Below are positions 1 to 11,767 of a stretch of DNA of 64,000 bases, one piece after another. Numbering within the stretch: position 1 is the stretch's first letter; every line of letters starts with the position of its first letter. Below the pieces are notes generated by a model. It did no database searches. It was not told where the DNA came from and was given only the letters and a program-made list of their open reading frames with translations. The stretch lies in IMG/VR virus record IMGVR_UViG_3300024054_000362, positions 1-64,000 of that record; one strand, written 5' to 3'. The position numbers were made by a program, and so were the translations under genes.

Positions 1-1296
1 CATACGGGACGGGACACTGCAGAGGCCATTGTCGAAGGGCTCAACTATCTTCTTCGACCGGTGGAAGTCCCTTACACGCGGCGGAACTCGAAGACCGAGG
101 AGATCGAGACGCGTGTGCGGATCAAACCGTACGGCGGCGTCTACCCCTTTAGCTTCGGTGCGCCGCAAAAAGGAGCCACAGTATTCGTTTGTTGGACGGC
201 GGAGAAGGACGTCGAGCTGACGGTTCGTGGCGGTCTCACAGCTCTGTTCTCTGGCGGCGGCGAGGTCGAGACGTTACTCGATATCGAACACGCGAGTGAG
301 TCGGCCGTCGAAAAGCTACTTCGGACCGAGACGAACGATCCGCAGATCATCCACGATCTGCTCGCAGTGCATCGCACAGGTCGTGCGATGCCACAGTTCA
401 ACGAGGGCGCTTTTCACGCGTTGTTGCTCTCGGATAATCAACGCGTCGTGCCGCGCAGCACGCTGATCGGTACGATCGGTGAGCTGCGCGCCAAGATTCA
501 AAAGTACGTCGACGACATGCGGCTGCCGACGGTCAACCGTGTTCCGCCCCTAACCAAGATCTTTGAAGCGCTTCGCGCACGTGATCGAGAGCAGTTCACA
601 GCAAGGACCACCGACAACATGCTGCGCTGCGTACTCGAAGGCGCCCCCGTGCCAGCTGAACTCGCAGCCGCCGCGCTCAAGCGATGCAACACCTATCCTT
701 CCAATAAGGATGCGAGGAAACGGTGGAAGCGCCTGCTTCCGATTCGGATCAGCATCCTGAAACTCGATCTCGTCAGGAAAGGACTTGAACCACACGTGCA
801 GAAAAATCCGTTCGACAACCTCGAAGAGACACACATCGCGAACGTACTCGGTTACGTCATGGCCGAGTGTAATCGCGTCCAACGCTGGGCCCTTGGCCCA
901 GTGCAGCGTTCCAGCCTGTCACGCACGGACATCGTCCAGGCGCCACACAACGTACTCGCGGCGATTCTGACGAAGTACGAGAAGCACACCTCCAGTGCCA
1001 AGATCAGGAAACAATCCGGTCCGTCCAAGGAACGAATGGGACGTCTGATGACGCGACTCGGCGACGAGATGCTACCGGTACGACTCGGTGCCGAAGAGCA
1101 GACTCGATTCTGGATTGGCTACTACACCTACGAGAGGTGGATGAAGGAGCACTTGGCGGCGAAGGCGGCGGCGAAGGCAGCTGCTCAGGCCGCTCAGGCC
1201 GCTCAGGCCGCTCAGGCTGCTCAGGCCGCTCAGGCCGACGAGGACACGGACACCGATGAAGACGTAGACGTAGACACCGACGACATGTCCCAGTAA
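1..1296 (+). CDS. cas8c: CRISPR type I-C large subunit Cas8c/Csd1 (5'-truncated by window edge)
   Basis: Frame is open from base 1 (..AEAIVEGLNYLL..). C-terminal Csd1-like motifs LRCVLEGAPVP, ANVLGYVMAECNRVQRWAL and EEQTRFWIGYY. Lies directly upstream of cas7 and the array. Ends in an AAQ-repeat/acidic tail. Confidence 0.8.
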   Translation, partial: HTGRDTAEAIVEGLNYLLRPVEVPYTRRNSKTEEIETRVRIKPYGGVYPFSFGAPQKGATVFVCWTAEKDVELTVRGGLTALFSGGGEVETLLDIEHASESAVEKLLRTETNDPQIIHDLLAVHRTGRAMPQFNEGAFHALLLSDNQRVVPRSTLIGTIGELRAKIQKYVDDMRLPTVNRVPPLTKIFEALRARDREQFTARTTDNMLRCVLEGAPVPAELAAAALKRCNTYPSNKDARKRWKRLLPIRISILKLDLVRKGLEPHVQKNPFDNLEETHIANVLGYVMAECNRVQRWALGPVQRSSLSRTDIVQAPHNVLAAILTKYEKHTSSAKIRKQSGPSKERMGRLMTRLGDEMLPVRLGAEEQTRFWIGYYTYERWMKEHLAAKAAAKAAAQAAQAAQAAQAAQAAQADEDTDTDEDVDVDTDDMSQ

Positions 1297-1380
1297 CTCA
1301 CAAACGTCGACGACGATGTCGTCGTCGTAGATACAAATACGCACGCAACACAGAGCAGTAGAGAGAAGGGAAAGAGACCA

Positions 1381-2562
<1,182 letters not shown>

Positions 2563-2741
2563 CAACGAGCGCCTTGGTGCGAGGCGAGTTACCAGAACCG
2601 CTCGCATGATCTAACACCGCGCAAGTCCTGACGTAACACGGTTCTCTGATAACCGAATAGCAGCACAAAAGAAGCGTTTATGGGCGTCGCTCGCTAGGCA
2701 TCACCTAACGAACAGCGCCAGTTGTCTTTTCAGAAAGTGTT
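2563..2741 (+). promoter_or_regulatory. CRISPR leader
   Basis: Non-coding, lower-GC stretch between the cas7 stop and the first repeat. Confidence 0.6.
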
Positions 2742-5700
2742 GTCGTGATCGAGATCGATCACGGCGTGGGTAGAAACTTGAGGTTGGGCCTCATCCACAG
2801 GCACCGCGGTCGGGGGTCGTGATCGAGATCGATCACGGCGTGGGTAGAAACAACGATCGCTACTTCGATGGCCGAACCGTCGGCGTGTTTCCTCGCGCTT
2901 GATACGTGATCGCGTCGCGATCGACAACGATCACGACGCGGATAGAAACACGCGCAACCTCCGCGTGATGCCGTCCGGCTCCCTGGGTCGCGATCGACAA
3001 CGATCACGACGCGGATAGAAACGCGGCGCCCTGGACGACCTTCACCGTACGGATGACGCGGGTCGCGATCGACAACGATCACGACCGTGGATAGAAACCT
3101 CGCAGACGCCGAGTACACATACGCGTCGTGCGCGGTCGCGATCAATCAATCTAAATCGCGACGTGGATAGAAACACCGCGGGTGGTAGCGACGGCGACGG
3201 TCCAGCACCGGTCGCGATCGATTCAGATCGCGGCGCGGATAGAAACACGCTGGACGACGGGCCTACGACGACAAGGGCAATCATGGGTAGAAACCAGATT
3301 TCAACCACCTTGCGTGCGACAACCTGCGTCGGCAGTCGTGATCGATCAGGATCGCGACGTGGATAGAAACAACTGCAGGGAGTTGCCGTCGGGCAATTTG
3401 GTCGATCAGGATCGCGATGTGGGTAGAAACACCACGCGCGCCGCCAGCCAGCGCTCGATTTCCGCGCGGTCGTGATCGATCAGGATCGCGACGTGGGTAG
3501 AAACTGTTCGGCGACCGCATGTGCGACGGCCTCGGGTGGTAGTCGTGATCGATCAGGATCGCGACGTGGGTAGAAACGTCGACGACGTGGCCCGGCGCGT
3601 GATCCCCGTCGACGTCGCGATCGACCAAGATTGCGACGTGGGGTCGATCACCAGCCCCGTAATCAACCGCGATCACGGTGTGGATAGAAACGTGAGCGGC
3701 GAAAAGCCGCTACTGAAGGAAGGCGTCGTGGGTCGCGCCGCGGATAAAAACAGTTCGAGTGGTGTCGTTGGTGGTGTAGCGTGCTGGGTGTCGTCGTGAT
3801 CGATCGAGATCACGCCGTGGATAGAAACCTGTGCGGTCGCGCTCGCCCTACGCGAGCCCCAAGGTTGCGCAGGTACGTGTAAGTCGTGATTCGATCAGGA
3901 TCGCGACGTGGGTAGAAATTACGTCGACGCAGAGACCCGCAAGCTGGTGCGCAGCGCCGTCGTGATCGATCGCGATCATGACTCCGCTCGCGCCGAGGTT
4001 AAACCAGTACGCGACCCAGATCTCGTTGCCAACGACCGTCGTGAATCGATCAGGATCGCGACGTGGATAAAAACGCCGTGTACGGCGTCTCGCCGATCCA
4101 CTCCCACGTCGTCGTGATCGATCGCGATCGCAGACGAGGATAGAAACAGCGACGGGTAGTTGATCGAACCGACGGCGCCGCTCAGTCGCGATCGATCGCG
4201 GCGCGGCGCGGCGTGGATAGAAACAAGCGGGTCCGGCTCGCGCTGCACGTGTGGATGGAGGTCGTGATCGGCGGCGGTCACGGCACGGATAGAAACTCGG
4301 CCTCGCTCCCCAGCGACGACTGGTACGCCACCTGTCGCGATCGACAACGATCACGACGCGGATAGAAACACCGGCGACGTGAAGATGCCGACGCTGAAGA
4401 AGCTCCGTCGCGATCGACAACGATCACGACGCGGATAGAAACTGGATGATCTCGTGGCCTTCGTCGGGACGCCACGGTGGTCGCGATCGACAACGATCAC
4501 GGCGTGGGTAGAAACGAAAGAAGGGGAGAAGAGTCAGGAAAGCATCCTAACCGTCGCGATCGACAACGATCACGACGCGGATAGAAACACACGTACGAGC
4601 GCGGTCATGTCCTGCACGAATCGCGATCGACAACGATCACGACGCGGATAGAAACGGCACGGGAGAGCACTTTGAATGGGAGGGCAAGATCAGTCGCGAT
4701 CGACGCGCGGGCTCATCAGGTCGTGATCGATCAGGATCGCGATGTGGATAGAAACGGTCGCCGTACCAAGACATCACAGGCGAGGTCGCGATCGATCTGG
4801 ATTGCAGCGCGGATAGAAACAGGTTGTACGCCCACCCGGGCGGAATACATTGCTGTAGTCGCGATCGATCGCGACGTGGATAGAAACCCGGTCAAACTAG
4901 GTCCACCGCACGCCGGGCCGTTGGTCGTGATCGATCTGGATCGCGGCGCGGATAGAAACAAATCCTGAACTGGCGTCACCTCATTATAGAATACGGCGCG
5001 ATCGATCTAGATCGCGGCGAGGATAGAAACAGCATGGCTACTTGAGTAGTCGATCTACGCTTATCTCGCGGCGTGGATAAAAAACGCGATCACCGTTTGG
5101 CGAATCACGGAGCACTGCTCATCGTGATCGACTCAGATCACGGCGTGGGTAGAAACAAGGAAATCGTCGCGAGCGATGAAACCTCGGGATGTCGTGATCG
5201 ACTTAGGAATCGTGACGTGGGCAGAAACATCGGCGTGATCGGGACGATCATTGCGAAACTCGTGGCTCTGCATCGCCGGTGGCGGCGTGTACTTGTCACG
5301 ATCGATCACAGCGTGGATAGAAACATCTGTACGTACTCGTCAGCGCGAAGCTCCGCGCGGTCGCGATCGACAACGATCACGACGCGGATAGAAACGATGC
5401 GAGGATATAGCGGAGCCCCGGCACCGAGCGTGTCGTGATCGATCGCGATCACGTGATTGATCAGGATCGCGGCGTGGGTAGAAACGTCGCGAAGGGCCTC
5501 GCGTTCCAGGTGCGTAAGCACGTCGTGATCGATCGCGATCACGGCGAGGATAGAAACAGCGACGGCAAGCTCTACAAGATCAGGATCGACGTGGTCGTGA
5601 TCGATCGCGATCACGGCGAGGATAGAAACCGCTGGACCGAGCGCCGTCGATTTTCAACCGCCCACACGTCGTGATCGACGCAGATCACGGCGCGGATAAA

Positions 5701-6215
5701 AACGGCGCCGTCGCGAACGGAGTCGACTTCTACGGCGAAGGTCGTGATCGTCGTCGTCGTGTTGGATCGCGACGCGGATAAAAACAAGAACATCCTGTAC
5801 GGCGAGATCCTGTCCGCAACGTGGATATCATCGGTGGCAGTGTCGTCGTCGAGGAGTTGTCGTGGATCGCGGTGTGGATAGAAACGCGTCGCGTGGATAG
5901 AAACACGAGATCGATCAGGCAGGCGATCTGGATCGTGGCGCGGATAAACGAAAAAAGTGCGTCTTGCCGCGACCGAATGGGCGGTGACGTCGCGATCGAT
6001 CTGAATCGCGACGCGGATAGAAACGTCGCGCAGTTCCAACCGGTTGCGCTGAGCGCGATCGCGATCTTGATCAATCGCGACGCGATCGTGGATAGAAACC
6101 AGAAGTTGAACCGTACTTCGTCGAGATACGTCGCGGCGTGGATAGAAACGCGGCAGTCATCCCGAGGCCGGTCACGACGATCGCGATCGATCGAGATCGC
6201 GACGTGGATAGAAAC
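2742..6215 (+). CRISPR. CRISPR array, about 45-50 heterogeneous 36-nt repeats (type I-C-like)
   Basis: Repeat variants GTCGCGATCGACAACGATCACGACGCGGATAGAAAC and GTCGTGATCGAGATCGATCACGGCGTGGGTAGAAAC, with GTCG start, GAAAC end and an internal hairpin. Mostly ~35-38 nt unique spacers. Many repeats are truncated or degenerate. Confidence 0.95.
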
Positions 6216-6271
6216 CTCACCAGCTGCCTTCGTGATGCGGGAGTCGTATCAAGATCTATCGGTTGCAATTA

Positions 6272-6607
6272 TCAACGACGAATGAGGCGCGGGTCTTCGA
6301 CGAAACTCTCGACGGCGCGGGGGACGAAGCGAACACGACCAAACGCGTAGCCAAGACCAAGCAGCGCGAGCGCACCCGCGGCGAGCAGTAAGACCGTCGG
6401 CGGCTCGAAGAGACCGACCGGCGAGCACTGGAAGTTCTTGAGTGCCGGATCGAACTTGCAGCGGACGGTAACGTTGTCTGGGATCACAGGCATCACGATC
6501 TTTGGGTCGGTGATGACGTTGGGCGTCGCGGCCGGCGTCGTCGCGTCCTGTCCCAGACCGAAGATGTTCGGACGATCGGTCGTAGATTGAAATTGCACCG
6601 CGAGCAT
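6272..6607 (-). CDS. Tail-anchored membrane protein (GLGQ motif family)
   Basis: N-terminal IFGLGQ, C-terminal hydrophobic helix and basic tail. Preceded by the palindrome and TACAAT. Confidence 0.65.
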   Translation of the reverse strand: MLAVQFQSTTDRPNIFGLGQDATTPAATPNVITDPKIVMPVIPDNVTVRCKFDPALKNFQCSPVGLFEPPTVLLLAAGALALLGLGYAFGRVRFVPRAVESFVEDPRLIRR

Positions 6608-6622
6608 GCCGGCATTGTACGC

Positions 6623-6638
6623 GATCGCGCCCGCGATC
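6623..6638. promoter_or_regulatory. GATCGC-N4-GCGATC palindrome with -10 box (first of at least 13 copies)
   Basis: Minus strand reads GATCGCGGGCGCGATC-gcg-TACAAT-gccggc-ATG. Other copies at 8664, 12910, 13470, 14272, 16660, 29429, 30187, 36936, 38677, 58071, 59685 and 61986. Confidence 0.75.
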
Positions 6639-6691
6639 GATGAACAGTGTAGGGACTACCCTGGGGATTGAAACGGCTCTAGCCTTGTTGG

Positions 6692-7057
6692 ATGTCAGGT
6701 AGCAGGCCGATCTTCGTGTTTGGCAGCAACCTCGCCGGTCGCCATGGGACTGGTGCCGCGCTCGAAGCGCGACAAAAACACGGGGCGGTGTATGGCTGCG
6801 GCGAAGGACTTTCTGGTTACTCGTACGGGATTCCAACGAAGGATCGGGACCTTAAGTCGCGGACGCTCGACGAGATTCGTGCTTCTGTCGAGACGTTCCT
6901 GGCGTTCGCGCGTGATACGCCCGAAACCACCTACGAGGTCACGCGCGTGGGCTGCGGCCTCGCCGGCTATAAGGACCACCAGATCGGGCCCATGTTCGCC
7001 GAGGCACCGGCCAACTGCATCCTGCCGCTCAACTGGGAGCAGTACAGGCGCACTTGA
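6692..7057 (+). CDS. Phage non-structural protein, macrodomain-like (A1S_2505-like family)
   Basis: IFVFGSNLAGRHGTGAA, YGIPTKD and VTRVGCGLAGY motifs. Confidence 0.75.
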   Translation: MSGSRPIFVFGSNLAGRHGTGAALEARQKHGAVYGCGEGLSGYSYGIPTKDRDLKSRTLDEIRASVETFLAFARDTPETTYEVTRVGCGLAGYKDHQIGPMFAEAPANCILPLNWEQYRRT

Positions 7058-7094
7058 GCTTCGTCAGCCGACGCGGTAGAAAAGCGAGACCAAC

Positions 7095-7466
7095 ATGGGC
7101 AAAGATCTTTTTGGAATCGGTGACAAGCCTGGCGCGAACGATGACGACGGCGACGAGATGGAGCATCCGGGCTACGTCATCATGCAGCTCATCCCGGCCG
7201 AGGGCTGGCGAGCTGTATTCGAGGACACTTCTGGCCAGCCGTCTCGTATCCTCGGCGTGGCGTGTTTCGCGCTCATCGAAGTCCTGGGACAGAACCTACC
7301 CCCCGACATGCCGCCGCTTCGTGTGCCGCGCCCGATGATCGTCGACGAAACAGGACAAATCGAAGACGTCGAGGCCTTCGACGACTTCGTTTGTATGGTC
7401 CCGCCGGGTGGCGACGTCGGCCTCGCGCTGGCGGGCCTGGCGCAGATCGAGAAGGCCGGTCGGTAG
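7095..7466 (+). CDS. Hypothetical protein
   Basis: Protein-like ORF in a tightly packed plus-strand run. Confidence 0.6.
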   Translation: MGKDLFGIGDKPGANDDDGDEMEHPGYVIMQLIPAEGWRAVFEDTSGQPSRILGVACFALIEVLGQNLPPDMPPLRVPRPMIVDETGQIEDVEAFDDFVCMVPPGGDVGLALAGLAQIEKAGR

Positions 7467-8321
7467 ATGTCGCTCCGATCGCGACCTCCGGTGGATAATC
7501 GGACGCCGGTCATGAAGCGCGAGGAGGAGATCTCCCTGGAGAAGCTCTCCCTCGGGTGGCCATGGGTCGACGCACGTAACGCCGCCGCGCTCTCATGTGA
7601 GTTGATTCGATGGGTGATGCCTGCGCCGATGTGGGTTCCTGCTGATGATCCGCGCGTCGACGTCGTCAACCAACACCTCCGTGCGGAGGTATCCGAAAAC
7701 GGTCCGTACCGGACGCCCGGCGACCAGAAGATCAACATCGATCCGCCCGAGGTCACCGAAGCACGCTTCGAAGTCGCGAACATCCTCGCGTACCTGTCGC
7801 GCTACGTTGCCGGCGAACCGATCGTCATCCCCAAGGACTTCGGCGAGCCTGACGATCCGCCGATGAAGAAGCTCTACTGGTACGCGACAGAGATCGGCAA
7901 GCGCGCGGCGAAACACGGCCAGATCGCCGGTGAGACTGTGGCACGGCTCGGACTCGCACCGCCGAGCAAGACGTGGCTCGGTGGATCGACGCCCTGGTAT
8001 CACACCGGTCATGCTGCCGAAGAAGCGTGCGAGTTTCTGCGTAAGCACGCCTCGGCGAGCCAGACGGTTGGCATGATCGACGGTGCCGGCGGTGCGGTCC
8101 TACATCGTCTGAGCTGGCACCTCGCGTTTACGGGCAAGCCATCTGAAGAGATCACGGGGCGTATCTTCCACTGGCGTGTTCGCGATGCACTGCGCGGTAG
8201 ACAGCTCAACCCGACGATGGAAGCGAACTTGCGGCCCGCGTTCGAGGCGGCGTGGATGTCGGGAAATTTCGATTTCGCGTACTCGCTCCTGACCGACATC
8301 GAGCAGTTCGCAGAGCGATAA
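7467..8321 (+). CDS. Hypothetical protein
   Basis: 284 aa ORF abutting its neighbours. Confidence 0.65.
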   Translation: MSLRSRPPVDNRTPVMKREEEISLEKLSLGWPWVDARNAAALSCELIRWVMPAPMWVPADDPRVDVVNQHLRAEVSENGPYRTPGDQKINIDPPEVTEARFEVANILAYLSRYVAGEPIVIPKDFGEPDDPPMKKLYWYATEIGKRAAKHGQIAGETVARLGLAPPSKTWLGGSTPWYHTGHAAEEACEFLRKHASASQTVGMIDGAGGAVLHRLSWHLAFTGKPSEEITGRIFHWRVRDALRGRQLNPTMEANLRPAFEAAWMSGNFDFAYSLLTDIEQFAER

Positions 8322-8322
8322 G

Positions 8323-8664
8323 ATGCGACGGTGTCGTGCATGTCATCGACGCGGACACGACCGTCGAAACTGTCCACGACCGATCTACCCACGAAAGCGC
8401 CCCAGAGAACAGCCATACGTTGGGCTCGACGAGTACATCCTCAAGCACCTCGGTCGTGTTCCTGTAACGAGCAGCGTTCTGCGTGAACGCGTCGCGGATG
8501 ACTTTGGCTATGTCGGTGAGCGGACGTTTCTCAGGTGCCTCAGGGCCCTGCGTGAAAGCGACCGCTTGACGGCGATCCGAATCTTCGACGGGACGGCGTG
8601 GTTTCTGTACACACGGAAGGCAACAGGGCGCGAATTGTTAAGCGTCGGCCAGTTGGCAACGTAG
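8323..8664 (+). CDS. Zinc-knuckle plus putative winged-helix protein
   Basis: CRACHRRGHDRRNC CCHC knuckle at the N-terminus. Confidence 0.55.
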   Translation: MRRCRACHRRGHDRRNCPRPIYPRKRPREQPYVGLDEYILKHLGRVPVTSSVLRERVADDFGYVGERTFLRCLRALRESDRLTAIRIFDGTAWFLYTRKATGRELLSVGQLAT

Positions 8665-8707
8665 ATCGCGCGAGCGATCGACGTTGTGGTAGCCTCGAAG
8701 CAACCAC

Positions 8708-9208
8708 ATGCTCGCCGTCACCTACTCGGGTTCTGGATTTGGTCAAGCCGGCTGCCCTGCCGGTCAGCACTCGTTCACGTTCCCGTGGGGCGTGAACACG
8801 TGTGTTGCCGACGACGCCGCACCGCCCGATACGAGCGCGATCTCTGCGGATTCGACGCCAACGTGTCCGGCGGGTCAGCACCTTTTCACGTTCCCGTGGG
8901 GCGTGAGCACGTGCGTGTCGGACGACGCACCAGCCATCAACGTCAACGCAACGTCGCCCGATCAGACACCACAGTGTCCGGCGGGTCAGCACCTTTTCAC
9001 GTTACCGTCGATCGGGCTGCTGCCTCCGGTGATGCAGTGCCAGCCGGATGTCGTACCCTCATCGAGGAAGTTCTTCGACGTGAAGAACCCGATCATGTGG
9101 GCGACGTTCGCGGGTGGTGCGGCCGTCGTCGGCCTCGGTATCTACGCGTTCAGATCACCCAAGCCGACCACGGTTGCAGGTCGCCGTCGTCGCCCACGTC
9201 GCCGCTGA
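8708..9208 (+). CDS. Cys-repeat tail-anchored membrane protein
   Basis: GFGQ motif, three CPAGQHxFT repeats, NPIMW-led TM helix and poly-Arg tail. Confidence 0.7.
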   Translation: MLAVTYSGSGFGQAGCPAGQHSFTFPWGVNTCVADDAAPPDTSAISADSTPTCPAGQHLFTFPWGVSTCVSDDAPAINVNATSPDQTPQCPAGQHLFTLPSIGLLPPVMQCQPDVVPSSRKFFDVKNPIMWATFAGGAAVVGLGIYAFRSPKPTTVAGRRRRPRRR

Positions 9209-9225
9209 CGTCGTATACTGCGTAG

Positions 9226-9498
9226 ATGCGCGACGACGATACGGGGTTGAAGGAAACGCTCCAGCGGATCGCGAAGAGCGGCGTGTTCCCGGGGCAGTAC
9301 TACCGTCACAACGAGACTCGTGTGATCTACAGGGTGCTGGTAGTCAGCGTGAACGAAGCGGATCTTGAACCGTACGTGCAGTATCAACAGTTCGACGATC
9401 CCTACGCGATGTCGTGGAGCCGACATCTCGACGTCTTCTGCGGGCAGGTGTTGCGCGGCGAGGTCTTGTCTCCGCGTTTCTCATTGGTCGAGCTGTGA
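9226..9498 (+). CDS. DUF1653-like protein
   Basis: GQYYRH..YRVL..E.YVQYQ..WSR...F..PRF pattern. Confidence 0.65.
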   Translation: MRDDDTGLKETLQRIAKSGVFPGQYYRHNETRVIYRVLVVSVNEADLEPYVQYQQFDDPYAMSWSRHLDVFCGQVLRGEVLSPRFSLVEL

Positions 9499-9779
9499 CC
9501 GACACGCGACGCTTCCCGATCATTCGAGGCCAAAGTCGTTTGGGGCGGGCCATCTGTGACACCTGGCCGCGAACAGTCCCGTGGTCGTTCGTCGAACGGT
9601 TTCGTGCTCAAGCCGAGCTGAACCACGACCAGACGCTGGAGCGACTCGCCGAGCGCGGCGGCTTGGCTCCCGACGAGCTATGGTGCGCGGCCAACAGCAA
9701 GGCGCTCTTCCCGATGCCGGACGAGAAGGCCTGCGGTGACTGGCTCGTTGCCGAGATGAAGAAGCTCGGCGAGAGTTAA
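9495..9779 (+). CDS. Phage hypothetical protein
   Basis: GTG start overlapping the upstream stop. Contains QAELNHDQTLERLAERGGL. Confidence 0.55.
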   Translation: MTDTRRFPIIRGQSRLGRAICDTWPRTVPWSFVERFRAQAELNHDQTLERLAERGGLAPDELWCAANSKALFPMPDEKACGDWLVAEMKKLGES

Positions 9780-10540
9780 GCTGCGATCGCGGCGGCGTCG
9801 GCGGTGATGCGCGCCAGGTCGAAACCGTTGGGTGCGTGGCGTGTCTGTGTGACCCAGAGATCATCGACGACGAACCACGCTTCGTCGATGTAGAGGTCTT
9901 CCCATGCGTACGAGATCTTGCGCGGGCTTACCCACGGCATCGCGAACCATTGACCGCGTTGGTGGCCCGTCAGGATGAACGCGTGGCCACCGTACGAACC
10001 GATCTTGTCGTCGGGCGTACGACTTCCGGGCGGCCCGACGTCCCACAAGTCGCGTTGAGCACGGATCGCGTTCGGAAGATCAGCACCGACGATCACCGAA
10101 CCGAAGATGTGCAGCGCTGCACGCATTTCGACTGGGTCCTTGTGGTTCACGCGTCCGAACGACGAGATCTTGTACTTGCCGTTGCGAAGGCCGTAGTACT
10201 TCATCTGCACGAGCGCGTTGATGATCGTGTCACCGCGATCGGTCGCGGCCGTGCCGTCCCAACCGATGCCATCGGCGTACGCCAACAAGATGTCGCCATC
10301 AGTCAGCTCGCACTTCACGCCGAGGAGCGCGCAACGCTGTTGGATGATGTGGCCGTAACAGGTTCGCGTGCAACATCCGACGTCGCGGTTGCCGAGCCAG
10401 CTGTACGTGTTGACGTCGCCGGTCCAGTCATCGAACGGCGGTGGCGCTGTATAGGTAGGGCCTTCAGCGTAGCGCGAGAACCACAACGTTCGACGATCGT
10501 GGGGTGAGACTTGTGAACGACCTGCTTTGCCGTAGCTCAT
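9776..10540 (-). CDS. Papain-like (C1-like) cysteine peptidase
   Basis: LGNRDVGCCT (catalytic Cys) and GGHAFILTGH (His). ATGA overlap with the upstream gene. Confidence 0.65.
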   Translation of the reverse strand: MSYGKAGRSQVSPHDRRTLWFSRYAEGPTYTAPPPFDDWTGDVNTYSWLGNRDVGCCTRTCYGHIIQQRCALLGVKCELTDGDILLAYADGIGWDGTAATDRGDTIINALVQMKYYGLRNGKYKISSFGRVNHKDPVEMRAALHIFGSVIVGADLPNAIRAQRDLWDVGPPGSRTPDDKIGSYGGHAFILTGHQRGQWFAMPWVSPRKISYAWEDLYIDEAWFVVDDLWVTQTRHAPNGFDLARITADAAAIAA

Positions 10541-11397
10541 CGTGTGGTTGGCCATTGGTGAGGGTGATTTTCGCCGTCGAGCCACGCCCATCGAGGCTGA
10601 TCGCCGTCGATGACGGTCGGGTGCGTCGAGAGCACGCACGCCTTCTCGAACGGGTAGTACATCGGCGTGCACTGCATGAGTGCGAGACTCGCGCGGAGGC
10701 TCAGCTCGCAGATCTCTGGGTACAGGTCTTCATTGAGACCTTGAACCAACCGAAGAACATCGATGACGGCGGCGTGACGCAACAACGTGTGGTCGAACTG
10801 ACCAGATGCGAGCCCCGTGCGTAGCGGCAGATCTTCGTCTTCGCCGGCACGACGAACGGCGAGAGACAGGCCTTCCCCAAAGTGCGCCGCGTCGATGATT
10901 TCGTGCAGTACGCTGACCGACATCTGACGATCCCACGTACGACGAAAGCGCCAGATGATCTCGCCGAGGTTCTGTCGGCGGTAACCTTCATCGTTGAAGA
11001 GGTTACGGTAGACGATCGCGGGCGACGGCAGCCACGTCACTCGTGGATACGCGAGGTAGCGCTCGTCTTCACCACGATGACTTACGGCTGCGCGGTACAT
11101 GCAACCGATCGCCGCGAGCGCAAGCGCTTCATCGCTTGGACCAGTTCGAAAGAGAACACCGGTCTCCAGCTGGTCCGCGTTCGCTCTGATCGTATCGATT
11201 TCGGTGTGCGACAGCTTCTCGACGCGCTTGCGTCGACGGTAGCCGGGCAGTTCGTCGCGCCAGAGCATCGCGATGTCCCGACGGCCGATCTCGTCGTACG
11301 CGTCGGCGAGGATGTGCCGTGCGTCGTCGTCGCCCATCCAGACCTGTTCGGTGAGGGCACGGATCTGTGGTGCCGTTGCCATCCCGAACGCGAGCAT
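10537..11397 (-). CDS. TIGR02996-like N-terminus plus DUF6745-like domain
   Basis: DDDARHILADAYDEIG, AIGCMY..PRVTWLPSP and YYPFEKACVLSTHP. Confidence 0.5.
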   Translation of the reverse strand: MLAFGMATAPQIRALTEQVWMGDDDARHILADAYDEIGRRDIAMLWRDELPGYRRRKRVEKLSHTEIDTIRANADQLETGVLFRTGPSDEALALAAIGCMYRAAVSHRGEDERYLAYPRVTWLPSPAIVYRNLFNDEGYRRQNLGEIIWRFRRTWDRQMSVSVLHEIIDAAHFGEGLSLAVRRAGEDEDLPLRTGLASGQFDHTLLRHAAVIDVLRLVQGLNEDLYPEICELSLRASLALMQCTPMYYPFEKACVLSTHPTVIDGDQPRWAWLDGENHPHQWPTTR

Positions 11398-11401
11398 AGA
11401 C

Positions 11402-11767
11402 CTACCGCCTCTTGGGGAGCTTGATGCTGCGGCCGATGAAGACGCCGGCCGCGATGCCGCCGAGGCCCATGCTGATGCCCCAGAACACCGGCGACGTGAG
11501 GAGTTTCTTCAGCTTCGACGGCTGCGCCTGTGCCGACAGGAACGGCCGCTGGACGTCCTGAAGGCACGAGACGTCACCCGACGCCGTCGCGGCGGTTACA
11601 AGCTGCTGTTGGATCATCGCCTGATCGGCAAGATCGGGAAACGACTTCAGGATGTCGCTGATCTGGTTGTCGATCAGCTTGCTCTTCTCAGGCGTGACGC
11701 GCTGACACGACGCCATCACGCTGTTGCTGATGTTCGTCAGCTGCTCCTGCGTGATCGCGCCAAACAT
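11402..11767 (-). CDS. Tail-anchored membrane protein
   Basis: MFGA start, SPVFW-led Gly-rich TM helix, KLPKRR end. Confidence 0.65.
   Translation of the reverse strand: MFGAITQEQLTNISNSVMASCQRVTPEKSKLIDNQISDILKSFPDLADQAMIQQQLVTAATASGDVSCLQDVQRPFLSAQAQPSKLKKLLTSPVFWGISMGLGGIAAGVFIGRSIKLPKRR

Noticed and set aside
2730-6350. Numerous ORFs inside the CRISPR array
   Set aside because: Translations of repeat-spacer units (recurring VIDRD/IET), not genes.
6661-6674. GGGGATTGAAAC resembling a canonical I-C repeat end
   Set aside because: No upstream hairpin or GTCG start. It lies in a divergent promoter region.
11484-11500. Short match to the start of the spacer at ~4369 (ACCGGCGACGTGA), suggesting self-targeting
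   Set aside because: Only 13 nt of spacer match, no TTC PAM, and plausible by chance in GC-rich DNA. No convincing self-target was seen by eye; a proper search is needed.
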